A DNA stretch of 32,000 nucleotides, taken from positions 420,001 through 452,000 of the forward strand of contig NC_010628.1 of assembly GCF_000020025.1 (NCBI RefSeq). The letters are read 5' to 3'. How positions within the stretch are numbered: the stretch's first letter is position 1; each line of letters starts with the position of its first letter. The position numbers and the translations under genes are program-made. The notes beneath the pieces were generated by a model. That model was not told the DNA's origin and searched no databases. It saw only the letters and a list, made by a program, of their open reading frames with translations. Origin of the DNA: Nostoc punctiforme PCC 73102. Its GTDB lineage: Bacteria; Cyanobacteriota; Cyanobacteriia; Cyanobacteriales; Nostocaceae. Below, piece after piece: positions 7,275 through 16,280 of this stretch.

Positions 7275-7760
7275 ATGGCAAGGGTAATTTTCTATAGCAA
7301 ACCAGGCTGTAAAGGTGGTGTTAAGCAAAAAGTTTTGCTAACAGCTGCTGGTCATGAGGTGATACCACAGAATCTACTAAAAGAAGCTTGGACAGCTGAA
7401 CGGTTGCGCTCATTTTTTGGCGATCGCCCCGTAGTCGAATGGTTTAACCTTTCCGCTCCCAAGATAAAATCTGGTGAGGTGGTTCCTGAAAAAGTGGATG
7501 AACAAACCGCTTTGGCGCTGATGCTGAAAGAACCACTACTAATTCGCCGTCCTTTGTTAGAAGTAGGCGATCGCCGCGAAGTAGGATTTGATGTACAAAA
7601 GATTGATACTTGGATTGGGTTACAAGCTGTCGATGAATCCTTGCAAGAAATTAGCGACAAGCTTTTGAAGCAAGATTTGCAAAACTGTTCCCACGGTAAA
7701 GATCATAATCACGGTCAAGGTTCTCAACAACACCAAAAGCAAGGCAACTGTAAACATTAG
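7275..7760 (+). CDS. ArsC/Spx-fold 'nitrogenase-associated protein' family member with a His/Gln-rich C-terminal tail
   Basis: The N-terminus is VIFYSKPGCKGGVKQK, and LIRRPLL plus GF occur later, as in the ArsC/Spx thioredoxin-like fold. An SD-like AGGAG lies at 7262-7266. The tail is CSHGKDHNHGQGSQQHQKQGNCKH. Confidence 0.75.
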   Translation: MARVIFYSKPGCKGGVKQKVLLTAAGHEVIPQNLLKEAWTAERLRSFFGDRPVVEWFNLSAPKIKSGEVVPEKVDEQTALALMLKEPLLIRRPLLEVGDRREVGFDVQKIDTWIGLQAVDESLQEISDKLLKQDLQNCSHGKDHNHGQGSQQHQKQGNCKH

Positions 7761-7807
7761 TACAGGACTTTTGCACTGAGGTAATCTGTTAAAACCTGAG
7801 TTATTGG

Positions 7808-7834
7808 GTTTGAGATGTAACAATGCTCTCAAAC
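7808..7834 (+). terminator. Hairpin downstream of the ArsC-like gene (weak terminator candidate)
   Basis: GTTTGAGA (7808-7815) pairs with TCTCAAAC (7827-7834), with an 11-nt loop and no T-run. Confidence 0.25.
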
Positions 7835-7967
7835 TCAGTAGACAAGTTTAGAGTGAATTAGTATTTGTAACATCTCGTGAAATAATGCTGCTTTTTGTCA
7901 CAAATGTTACAAAGCTAAACTTGCATGGGCATAGTAAGTATGCTTAATATTGCAAGAATAAAAAACA

Positions 7968-10900
7968 ATGACAGCTACTTTATCTGGTTATCAACTCCTC
8001 GAAACCCTTCACTCCGGTAGTAAAACCATCATTTATCGTGGACGGCGAGAAACTGATAACGCCTCTGTCATTGTCAAAACTCTCTTGTGCGAACATCCGC
8101 TCTTAGAAGACATAGCTAGACTGCGCCACGAATATCAAATCATTGAGACTCTGGAAATTCCTGGCATTGTTAAAGCTTATGAGTTAAAGAATTATCAGCA
8201 TGGACTGGCTTTGGTTTTAGAAGACATTCCAGGTTGCTTGCTCCAAGAACTGATTGCAACTCAAACAACCACCTTGATTACTTTCCTCAAGGTGGGGATT
8301 AATCTGGCACAAATTTTAGGAGAACTGCACGCCCAACAAATTATTCATAAAGATATTAAGCCGCACAATATTTTAATTGACCCCGATTCTGGCGAAGCCA
8401 AACTGATTGACTTCAGTATCTCCTCACGACTTGATAAAGAAAATCCCACCTTGAGCAATCCGAATTTGCTCGAAGGTACGCTTGCATATATGTCACCTGA
8501 GCAGACAGGGAGAATGAACCGGGCGGTTGACTATCGCACCGACTTTTATTCGCTGGGTGTAACTTTATATGAAATGCTAACGGGTATTTTGCCTTTTCAA
8601 GCTGTTGATCCAATGGAGTTAATCCACTCTCATATTGCCAAAACACCAGCCGCACCCTGTAGCGAAACCGTGTGCCGCATCTTGGGAGATGTGCCAGAAG
8701 CGATTAGTGCAATTATTTTAAAATTATTAGCGAAAACAGCAGAAGAGCGGTATCAAAGCGCCTGGGGACTGAAAGCGGATTTAGAGGAATGTTTGTTTCA
8801 ACTGCAAACAACTGGAAAAATTGAAAACTTTGTACCGGGGAGACAAGACAAATCCGGGCATTTTTTGATTCCGCAAACGCTATACGGGCGCAAAGCAGAA
8901 GTAGCAACATTGATGGCTGCGTTTAAGCGTGTGGCAGTAGGTAGCAGCGAACTCATGCTCGTCTCTGGTTATTCGGGGATTGGCAAGACAAGTGTTGTCA
9001 ATGAAGTTCATAAACCCATTGTGGGAGCAAGGGGTTATTTTATTGCAGGCAAGTTTGATCAGTTCAAGCGCAATATTCCCTATGCGTCATTGATTCAAGC
9101 GTTCCAATCTTTAATTGGGCAATTACTTACCGAAAGCGAAGCCCAAATCCAAGTGTGGAAAGATAAACTCTTAACTGCGTTGGGAGAGAATGGGCAAGTC
9201 ATTATCGATGTGATTCCACAAGTCGAACTAATTATTGGAACTGTGCCACCTGTAACACAACTGGGTGCGGCTGAATCTCAAAATCGTTTTAATCGCGTTT
9301 TTGGACAATTTATTGGCGTATTCACTACCCAACATCATCCTCTGGTTGTGTTCTTGGATGACTTGCAGTGGGCAGATTCGGCATCGCTGAACTTAATTGA
9401 GCTATTGATGACAGATAGCGAGCGCAAATATTTATTGTTAGTCGGTGCATACCGCGATAATGAAGTGTCGCCCACCCATCCACTTATGCTCAGTTTGGAC
9501 AAGATTCAATCTTCTGGTGCGGTGGTAGATAACATCATCTTGGCACCATTGCAGTTAACGGATGTGGAAGCGTTAATTAGCGATACGTTGAATGACACAG
9601 AAGCCAGCAAGCCATTAGCACAATTACTATTCCACAAAACTGGAGGAAATCCTTTTTTCTTAACGCAACTGCTGAAAACTCTACATCAAGAAGACTTGTT
9701 AACGTATGACTTCCAGTCTGGAGTTTGGCAGTGGGATATCCAACATATTCAAGCGATCGGTCTTACTGACCTGAATGTGGTTGAACTGACGGCAAGAAAT
9801 ATTCGTAAACTGTCTCTAGAAACGCAGTCAGTACTCAAACTGGCTGCTTGTATTGGCAACACATTCAATCTGGATATATTAGCGATCGTTAACGAAGCAT
9901 ATTCTTTAAGAACTGCGGCGCAATTGTGGTCAGCCCTACAAGCTGGGTTAATTTTGCCGTTAAATCAGGACTACAAAATTCCCTTAGCGTTTAGTCAAGA
10001 GGATTCAGGCGGCTTTACCTTAACAGATGTCAAAGTTGATTACAAGTTTTTACATGACCGAGTACAACAAGCAGCGTATTCTCTGATTCCCGATGAGCAG
10101 AAGAAAGCAACGCATCTGAAAATTGGTCAATTACTGCTGCAAAAGACTACACCAGAAGAACGCCAAGAAAATATATTTGCTTTAGTTAATCAACTGAATT
10201 ACGGCACTGATTTACTAATATCTGAAACAGAAAAATCTCAACTTGCAGAACTCAATCTGATCGCAGGGAAGAGGGCAAAAGCAGCCACAGCGCACGATTC
10301 CGCCATCAAATATTTCCAAGTCGGTTTACAACTGTTAACAGAAGAAAGCTGGAAGTGTGAATATGAACTGACATTAGCACTACACTCCGAAGCAGCAGAG
10401 GCAGCTTTTTTGAGTGGTGATTTTGCAGAAATGCAGAGATTTGTTGAGATAGTACAAAACTGCGCTAAAACGCTGCTGGATAAAATTGAAGTCTATGAAG
10501 TTCTGATACAAGCTTACATAGGACAAAATAGGCTTGTAGAAGCGGTTAGTACAGGATTACAAGTTTTAAAGCTGTTAGGAGTAGAGTTTCCCCAAGAGCC
10601 GAATCCGTCAGATATTGGACAAGCATTAGGGGAAACTGCGGCAATTTTGAGTGGAACGCTAATTGAAGATTTAATTGATCTGCCTCAAATGAGCGATCGC
10701 TATAAATTAGCAGCGATGAGAATCATGTCAAGTATTTTTGCTCCTGCATACATGGCTGCTCCTGCACTGGTGCCTTTGACGGTGTGCAAACAAGTAAATT
10801 TATCCGTTCAATATGGTAATGCTTCCGTTTCTGGCTTTGCTTATGCCAATTATGGTCTTCTGCTTTGCGGAGTTGTGGGAGATATTGATTCAGGTTATCA

Positions 10901-13451
10901 GTTCGGTCAATTGGCTTTAACTCTAGTGTCAAAGTTAAATGCTCAAGAGATCAAAGCTAAGACACTCCTGATAGTAAATATATTTATCCGACCTTGGAAA
11001 GATCATCTTAGAGAAACTTTAGAACCTTTAGTGGCAGTTTACTCTAGCGGACTGGAGACAGGTGATTTAGAATTTGCTGCCTATGGTCTACTAATGTACT
11101 CCTGTTTCGCTTACTTTAGCGGCAAAGAACTAACTGTCCTTGAAAGAGAGATGGCAATCAACAGAGATGCTATTGATAAAATCAAGCAAGAAACACCGCT
11201 TCATTATCTAGAAACCTATTCGCAGGCTACATTAAATCTGCTTGGAAAATGTGAAAATCCCTGCCTTCTAAAGGGTAAAGCCTGCGATGAGCAAATAAAG
11301 TTACCATTGCACGAACAAGCGAACGACATATTGGGAGTTGCCTACATATATTGGAACAAACTTTTACTTAGTTACTGGTTTGAAAATTACTCAGAAGCGA
11401 TTGAAAATACTGCTCTAGCAGAGAAGTATTTAAACGTAGTGGTAGGATTGCCTATTGTTCCTCTATTTCATTTTTACGATTCTTTAGTAAGGTTAGCGGT
11501 ATATCCAGATCGCCAAGCATCAGAACAACACGCAATTATCGATCGCGTCCAAGCTAATCAAGAAAAAATGCAAAAATGGGCGCATCATGCCCCAACGAAT
11601 CATTTACACAAATTCTATCTAGTAGAGGCAGAGCGGCATCGGGTTTTAGGGGAAAAAATCGAAGCGATCGAGATGTATGACAAAGCGATCGCACTTGCCA
11701 AACAAAACGAATATATCAACGAAGAAGCACTGGCTCACGAACTCGCTGCTAAATTCTATTGGTCATGGGGTAAAGAAGCGATCGCCCAAACATACATGAC
11801 AAATGCTTACTACGCCTATAGCCATTGGGGTGCTAAAGCTAAAGTCAAAGATTTAGAAGCACGCTATCCGCAATTGATTGTGCAATCAAACACAGAAAAA
11901 CCAGAAACGAATTACCTGCAAACTATTCAAACAAGCTCCACGACTAGCGGAGGCGCTGAAATTCTCGACTTGATGGCGGTGATGAAAGCTTCACAAGTCT
12001 TGTCAGAAGAAATGGTGCTGAGTCGCTTGCTCGAAAAATTGATGAAAAATGTCATCGAAAATGCTGGCGCTCAACAAGGTTATTTTATTGTCAAGCACGA
12101 GAATCAATGGATGCTGGAAGCGGCGGGAATGGTTGAAGGTAAGAACGTTAATGTTGTTGTTAAGAGTCAGGATGAGACTGATTCACCTTTACTCCCGATT
12201 GCCTTATTTAATTATGTGGAAAGAACCAGAGAGAACCTGGTTTTAAACGATGCTGTTAAAGACTCCCGCTTTGCGACTGATGCTTGTATCATCACTTACC
12301 AATCCAAATCGATTTTGTGTCTACCACTGATTCACTCTGGCAAGTTTACTGGTCTTATTTACCTGGAAAATAATCTCATTCCTGGCGCTTTTATTTCAGA
12401 ACGGGTGAATGTACTGAGTCTGTTGACAGCACAAATTTCGATTGCGATCGAGAACGCTCGTCTTTACACCAACCTACAAGTTTACTCGCAACAATTGGAA
12501 GCTAATAATGAAGCTTTGCAAGCATCCGAAACACGAGAGCGAGAAAAAGCCGAACAACTCGAAAAATCTTTCCATAAACTGCAACAAACTCAGGCTCAAC
12601 TTGTGCAGACTGAAAAAATGTCGAGCTTAGGACAACTGGTAGCTGGCGTTGCTCACGAAATCAACAATCCGGTCAATTTTATCTTTGGCAACCTGACTCA
12701 TGCCAACAGCTATACCCAAGAGGTGTTGGGACTGCTGGAACTTTACCAGAAACATTACCCATCTCCTCATCCAGAGATTCAAGAACAAGCGGAGGATATC
12801 GATCTAGAATTTGTGCTAGAAGACCTGCCTAAATTACTGTCTTCTATGTGGGTTGGCGCAGACCGAATTCGCCAAATTGTCGCTTCTCTACGAACTTTCT
12901 CACGCATGGACGAAGCCGAAATTAAAGCTGTTAATATTCATGAGGGAATTGACAGTACCATGATGATTCTGCAACATCGGCTCAAAGCAAAGTCAGATCG
13001 TGTCGGTATTGAGTTGATTAAACACTATGGCAACTTACCCCAAGTGGAATGTTATGCAGGGCAGCTAAATCAAGTGTTTATGAATGTGTTGAGTAATGCG
13101 ATCGATGCTTTGGAAGATACATTGGCGAAAAATCAAGGACAAATAATAACTCCAACTATTACTATTCACACTGAACAAATTGATGCTCATCAAGTCGAAA
13201 TTCGGATTGCAGATAATGGTCTAGGTATGCCAGAGTCTGTTCGTCAACGGCTGTTCGATCCTTTCTTCACTACAAAACCTGTGGGTAAAGGGACAGGTAT
13301 GGGTTTGTCGATTAGTTACCAAATTGTCACTGAAAAACATGGTGGTTCGCTCTCTTGTACCTCAGAGCCAGGTGAGGGGGCAGAGTTTCAAATCCGCATT
13401 CCAATTTGTCAGGAAGTCAACCCTTTTGAGGAATTAAAAATGAAAAATTAA
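7968..13451 (+). CDS. Multidomain sensor: Ser/Thr protein kinase - P-loop NTPase - TPR/helical repeats - GAF - histidine kinase (HstK-type architecture)
   Basis: Kinase catalytic loop HKDIKPHN (8346-8369) with DFS and SPEQ. Walker A GYSGIGKT (8967-8990) and Walker B VVFLDDLQWAD. A long helical region, a GAF-like segment at about aa 1290-1440, and a coiled coil follow. H-box HEINNP (12654-12671), then N, G1 (DNGLGM) and G2 (GTGMGL) boxes. Confidence 0.93.
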   Translation: MTATLSGYQLLETLHSGSKTIIYRGRRETDNASVIVKTLLCEHPLLEDIARLRHEYQIIETLEIPGIVKAYELKNYQHGLALVLEDIPGCLLQELIATQTTTLITFLKVGINLAQILGELHAQQIIHKDIKPHNILIDPDSGEAKLIDFSISSRLDKENPTLSNPNLLEGTLAYMSPEQTGRMNRAVDYRTDFYSLGVTLYEMLTGILPFQAVDPMELIHSHIAKTPAAPCSETVCRILGDVPEAISAIILKLLAKTAEERYQSAWGLKADLEECLFQLQTTGKIENFVPGRQDKSGHFLIPQTLYGRKAEVATLMAAFKRVAVGSSELMLVSGYSGIGKTSVVNEVHKPIVGARGYFIAGKFDQFKRNIPYASLIQAFQSLIGQLLTESEAQIQVWKDKLLTALGENGQVIIDVIPQVELIIGTVPPVTQLGAAESQNRFNRVFGQFIGVFTTQHHPLVVFLDDLQWADSASLNLIELLMTDSERKYLLLVGAYRDNEVSPTHPLMLSLDKIQSSGAVVDNIILAPLQLTDVEALISDTLNDTEASKPLAQLLFHKTGGNPFFLTQLLKTLHQEDLLTYDFQSGVWQWDIQHIQAIGLTDLNVVELTARNIRKLSLETQSVLKLAACIGNTFNLDILAIVNEAYSLRTAAQLWSALQAGLILPLNQDYKIPLAFSQEDSGGFTLTDVKVDYKFLHDRVQQAAYSLIPDEQKKATHLKIGQLLLQKTTPEERQENIFALVNQLNYGTDLLISETEKSQLAELNLIAGKRAKAATAHDSAIKYFQVGLQLLTEESWKCEYELTLALHSEAAEAAFLSGDFAEMQRFVEIVQNCAKTLLDKIEVYEVLIQAYIGQNRLVEAVSTGLQVLKLLGVEFPQEPNPSDIGQALGETAAILSGTLIEDLIDLPQMSDRYKLAAMRIMSSIFAPAYMAAPALVPLTVCKQVNLSVQYGNASVSGFAYANYGLLLCGVVGDIDSGYQFGQLALTLVSKLNAQEIKAKTLLIVNIFIRPWKDHLRETLEPLVAVYSSGLETGDLEFAAYGLLMYSCFAYFSGKELTVLEREMAINRDAIDKIKQETPLHYLETYSQATLNLLGKCENPCLLKGKACDEQIKLPLHEQANDILGVAYIYWNKLLLSYWFENYSEAIENTALAEKYLNVVVGLPIVPLFHFYDSLVRLAVYPDRQASEQHAIIDRVQANQEKMQKWAHHAPTNHLHKFYLVEAERHRVLGEKIEAIEMYDKAIALAKQNEYINEEALAHELAAKFYWSWGKEAIAQTYMTNAYYAYSHWGAKAKVKDLEARYPQLIVQSNTEKPETNYLQTIQTSSTTSGGAEILDLMAVMKASQVLSEEMVLSRLLEKLMKNVIENAGAQQGYFIVKHENQWMLEAAGMVEGKNVNVVVKSQDETDSPLLPIALFNYVERTRENLVLNDAVKDSRFATDACIITYQSKSILCLPLIHSGKFTGLIYLENNLIPGAFISERVNVLSLLTAQISIAIENARLYTNLQVYSQQLEANNEALQASETREREKAEQLEKSFHKLQQTQAQLVQTEKMSSLGQLVAGVAHEINNPVNFIFGNLTHANSYTQEVLGLLELYQKHYPSPHPEIQEQAEDIDLEFVLEDLPKLLSSMWVGADRIRQIVASLRTFSRMDEAEIKAVNIHEGIDSTMMILQHRLKAKSDRVGIELIKHYGNLPQVECYAGQLNQVFMNVLSNAIDALEDTLAKNQGQIITPTITIHTEQIDAHQVEIRIADNGLGMPESVRQRLFDPFFTTKPVGKGTGMGLSISYQIVTEKHGGSLSCTSEPGEGAEFQIRIPICQEVNPFEELKMKN

Positions 13452-13526
13452 GAATTAAAAATTGTAAGACGCTGCGGCAAATGGCAATGGCAACCGTCTA
13501 AGTAAACAGCGCTAAGACATAAAGTA

Positions 13527-13561
13527 GATGAGGGAGAAACTGCGATCGCTATTCCCTCATC
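13527..13561. terminator. Hairpin between the convergent kinase and cysK genes
   Basis: GATGAGGGA (13527-13535) pairs with TCCCTCATC (13553-13561). The loop contains a HIP1 GCGATCGC. There is no strong T-run on either side. Confidence 0.35.
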
Positions 13562-13575
13562 TCTCCTCACTATCT

Positions 13576-14535
13576 TTAACGCACGCCAGCAGTTTCTAAA
13601 GACAAGTCTTGAAACATGGGGGTGCTGAGGTAACGTTCGCCGAAGGAAGGCTGAATCATTACGATTAAACGTCCGGCATTTTCTGGACGTTTACCTACTT
13701 GAATGGCAGCACACAAAGCTGCACCAGAGGATATGCCAGATAATAAGCCTTCTTCTTTTGCCAAACGTCGCCCGTAAGCGATCGCTTGTTCATCGCTGAC
13801 TCTAATTACTTCATCAACCAATTCTAGGCGAAGAACATCGGGGATAAATCCGGCACCAATACCTTGAATTCTGTGTGGCCCGGCTTCACCACCTGAGAGA
13901 ACTGGGCTGTTGCTGGGTTCAACTGCGATCGCCTTAAAAGTCTTCTTACGACCTTTAAGTACCTCTGCAATCCCGGTAATCGTCCCACCAGTACCTACCC
14001 CAGCAATAACAATATCGACTTCTCCGTCTGTATCTGTCCAAATTTCTTCGGCGGTAGTTTCCTGGTGAACTTTAGGATTGGCAGGGTTGCGGAACTGTTG
14101 CAGCATAAAAGCATCAGGAGTATTAGCCACAATCTCTTCGGCTTTGCGAATAGCTCCCCGCATTCCTTCCGCGCCTGGTGTTAACTCTAAAGACGCGCCA
14201 TAAGCTCTCAACATAGCCCGTCGTTCTTGGCTCATCGTCTCTGGCATTGTCAAAATTAAACGGTAGCCACGTGCTGCTGCTACCATCGCTAGAGCAATTC
14301 CTGTATTACCTGAAGTAGGCTCAACTAAAATAGTCTTTCCAGGCTGAATTGAGCCAGCCGCTTCTGCTGAAAGTACCATACTTAACCCAATGCGGTCTTT
14401 TACCGAGGCTGCTGGGTTCATACCTTCTAATTTGACAACTATCCTTGCTACTACTCCCTCAGCTTGAGGTATCTTATTCAGTTGAACTAAAGGAGTTCGT
14501 CCGATCAGTTCTGTTATATCTTGAGCAATCCGCAT
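13576..14535 (-). CDS. cysK: Cysteine synthase A (O-acetylserine sulfhydrylase, PLP-dependent)
   Basis: A 319-aa protein with the PLP-lysine motif [21 protein letters not shown] and the C-terminal GERYLST signature. Confidence 0.95.
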   Translation of the reverse strand: MRIAQDITELIGRTPLVQLNKIPQAEGVVARIVVKLEGMNPAASVKDRIGLSMVLSAEAAGSIQPGKTILVEPTSGNTGIALAMVAAARGYRLILTMPETMSQERRAMLRAYGASLELTPGAEGMRGAIRKAEEIVANTPDAFMLQQFRNPANPKVHQETTAEEIWTDTDGEVDIVIAGVGTGGTITGIAEVLKGRKKTFKAIAVEPSNSPVLSGGEAGPHRIQGIGAGFIPDVLRLELVDEVIRVSDEQAIAYGRRLAKEEGLLSGISSGAALCAAIQVGKRPENAGRLIVMIQPSFGERYLSTPMFQDLSLETAGVR

Positions 14536-15007
14536 TATTTAACTCCTAAAATTCTAAATCTTAGTACAGAGTATTTACTTATAACAATAAGCTTTTGTGT
14601 ATTTAATTTGCACTTGAATCTCAATGAGTGCATATACTATGTATTCTAACTAAACCACAAAATCTGAAAGTTTAGGAAGAACTTTTATCCGATGCTCTCA
14701 TTGATTCTCACTCCACCAGATGTCTAGCTTGCCATTCTTTTATTTTACCATTTGGAATTGCTGACTGTTGTCTCTTAGGCTAAGATCAATTTTTATAATT
14801 CTGTATATATGAATAATTTTTATCATCATTCTCTATTTGTTAGGGAAATATAACTTAGTTTCAAAACATTTAATGGATTTTCTGATTTTATTAGTTTATC
14901 TTTATCAAAAGACATCGATATTTACTTTTGAGTACAGATTTTGCCTACTAAAACTTGCATTAAAAACAGTTCTAAAGCTTTGCCTACATTGCTTTTAGAT
15001 TGAGTAC

Positions 15008-15073
15008 AAAAACACCAGAACCCCACTTCAAAAACACTAGCACCCCATCTCAAAAACACTAGCACCCATACCC
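15008..15073. repeat. Three tandem 22-bp direct repeats (AAAAACACYAGMACCCCAYYTC)
   Basis: Units lie at 15008-15029, 15030-15051 and 15052-15073, in the ORF-free spacer between cysK and the 15530 gene. Confidence 0.85.
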
Positions 15074-15210
15074 CAATATTTTTTTATAATACTTATCTGA
15101 TGAGGATTACAGCCGTTGAGTACTATTCTAATAAATTTAATAATCTTAACAGGGCTGAGGTAAACTGTTTTGTGGAGAGCGACTGATATAAATCGTATAG
15201 GATTTACGCA

Positions 15211-15279
15211 GAGATTCCCCTCTACCCCCCAACATTCCTGAGCGAAAGCTGAGTGAACTAGGGGGGACTTCTTAATCTC
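15211..15279. repeat. Composite inverted repeat / structured element
   Basis: GAGATT (15211-15216) pairs with AATCTC (15274-15279), and CCCCCC (15225-15230) pairs with GGGGGG (15261-15266). The apical region contains AGC-GAAA-GCT. Confidence 0.5.
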
Positions 15280-15529
15280 CCTTTTGAGAGCAAGATGAAA
15301 CCACATTCGAGAATCTAAGTGTGTTCTTTCTGATTGAATAATCCTACGTTTTGCGAAAATGTTAGTAACTTTTCAGTGGTCAGTAGTCAGTAATAATTAG
15401 AAAAACAACTGATAGCTAACAATTGTGAAAATTCCCGTTTACACATATTTTAATATCAAAACTGTTTAAGATAAACAGCAAATGATATTTTCTTACTGGG
15501 TGCATACTACCTAGCAAGGGAGAGCCAAG

Positions 15530-15952
15530 ATGAAAGCCAAACTTTTAAATGTTCTTACAGTTTGCGTAGTTATTTTAGCAGTGCTTTCTCCAGAACTAGT
15601 AGTATTTGGCATTGTTTGGGAGCGACATCTGGATTTAGTAAAATCTCAGAATTTAGCCTACGAAGTTAACAAGACTACTAAAAATGCTCCCGACTTGGCT
15701 CCCCAGACAGAGGTTACACATTCCCCTCAGACTAGCATCCAATCCTCTGACCGTAATGTGATTAATCAAATGCTGACTGTTGCTGAACAATATAAATTTG
15801 CCGCTATCTTGCAATGGTTCTTCTTGTTAACCCCTATTTGTGTTGGGTTAGGAATTCTCTTTTACGACAGATATCTTGTACATCGTGCGGCTGTTTTAAA
15901 AGAACAAGTTGAAATGTTGGAAAGACTGTGGCAACAAAGTATCGAACAGTGA
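15530..15952 (+). CDS. Hypothetical membrane protein (two predicted TM helices, C-terminal amphipathic helix)
   Basis: GGGAGAG lies just upstream of the ATG. Hydrophobic segments are LLNVLTVCVVILAVL...VVFGIVW and FAAILQWFFLLTPICVGLGILFY. This is the first gene of a tightly spaced trio. Confidence 0.65.
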   Translation: MKAKLLNVLTVCVVILAVLSPELVVFGIVWERHLDLVKSQNLAYEVNKTTKNAPDLAPQTEVTHSPQTSIQSSDRNVINQMLTVAEQYKFAAILQWFFLLTPICVGLGILFYDRYLVHRAAVLKEQVEMLERLWQQSIEQ

Positions 15953-15996
15953 CCAATTCCCAATTAACTCACTAAAATCAACCAAAACAAAACACC

Positions 15997-16278
15997 ATGT
16001 CAGAACAACGCCAGCAACTGTATTTTAATCTGATTGATGAATTGCTCAAGTGCCCTAATGGTCAAGAACCAGAAATTTTAGAATCTAAACCAGAATTAAT
16101 TGACTCTGGTTTCGTAGAAACAATGTTACAAGTAGCAACGATGTTTGCCCATGAAGGCAATCAAGATGGTGCCAAATTTTTATTTTTTGTGGCGCGTGAG
16201 CTAGCTAAAGAATTGGGTTTATACCCTGAAGTTCCCAATACTGAAGTTGAAAATCCTGAAGTTGCCAATAAGGAGTAA
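15997..16278 (+). CDS. Hypothetical small helical protein with an LLxCPxGxEPEIL module
   Basis: 93 aa. From memory, the N-terminal motif LYFNLIDELLKCPNGQEPEIL...LIDSGFVETMLQVA resembles the N-terminal module of many cyanobacterial TPR/CHAT proteins. The C-terminus carries an internal duplication, CCTGAAGTT[C/G]CCAATA x2. Confidence 0.6.
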   Translation: MSEQRQQLYFNLIDELLKCPNGQEPEILESKPELIDSGFVETMLQVATMFAHEGNQDGAKFLFFVARELAKELGLYPEVPNTEVENPEVANKE

Positions 16279-16280
16279 AA

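Noticed and set aside
6734-7832. Minus-strand ORFs 6734..7045, 7352..7660 and 7620..7832
   Set aside because: They are antisense to the cupin and ArsC-like CDSs or to their 3' region, and have no motifs or RBS.
8413-12630. Short ORFs inside the 1827-aa kinase gene (8413, 8713 and 10723 on the minus strand; 12049 and 12442 on the plus strand)
   Set aside because: They are embedded in, or antisense to, a continuous 5.5 kb CDS with clear domain signatures. They are chance ORFs.
15037-15306. 89-aa minus-strand ORF in the cysK-upstream spacer
   Set aside because: It overlaps the 22-bp iterons and the C6/G6 inverted repeat. I see no RBS, an implausible composition and no motif. I treat the region as non-coding.
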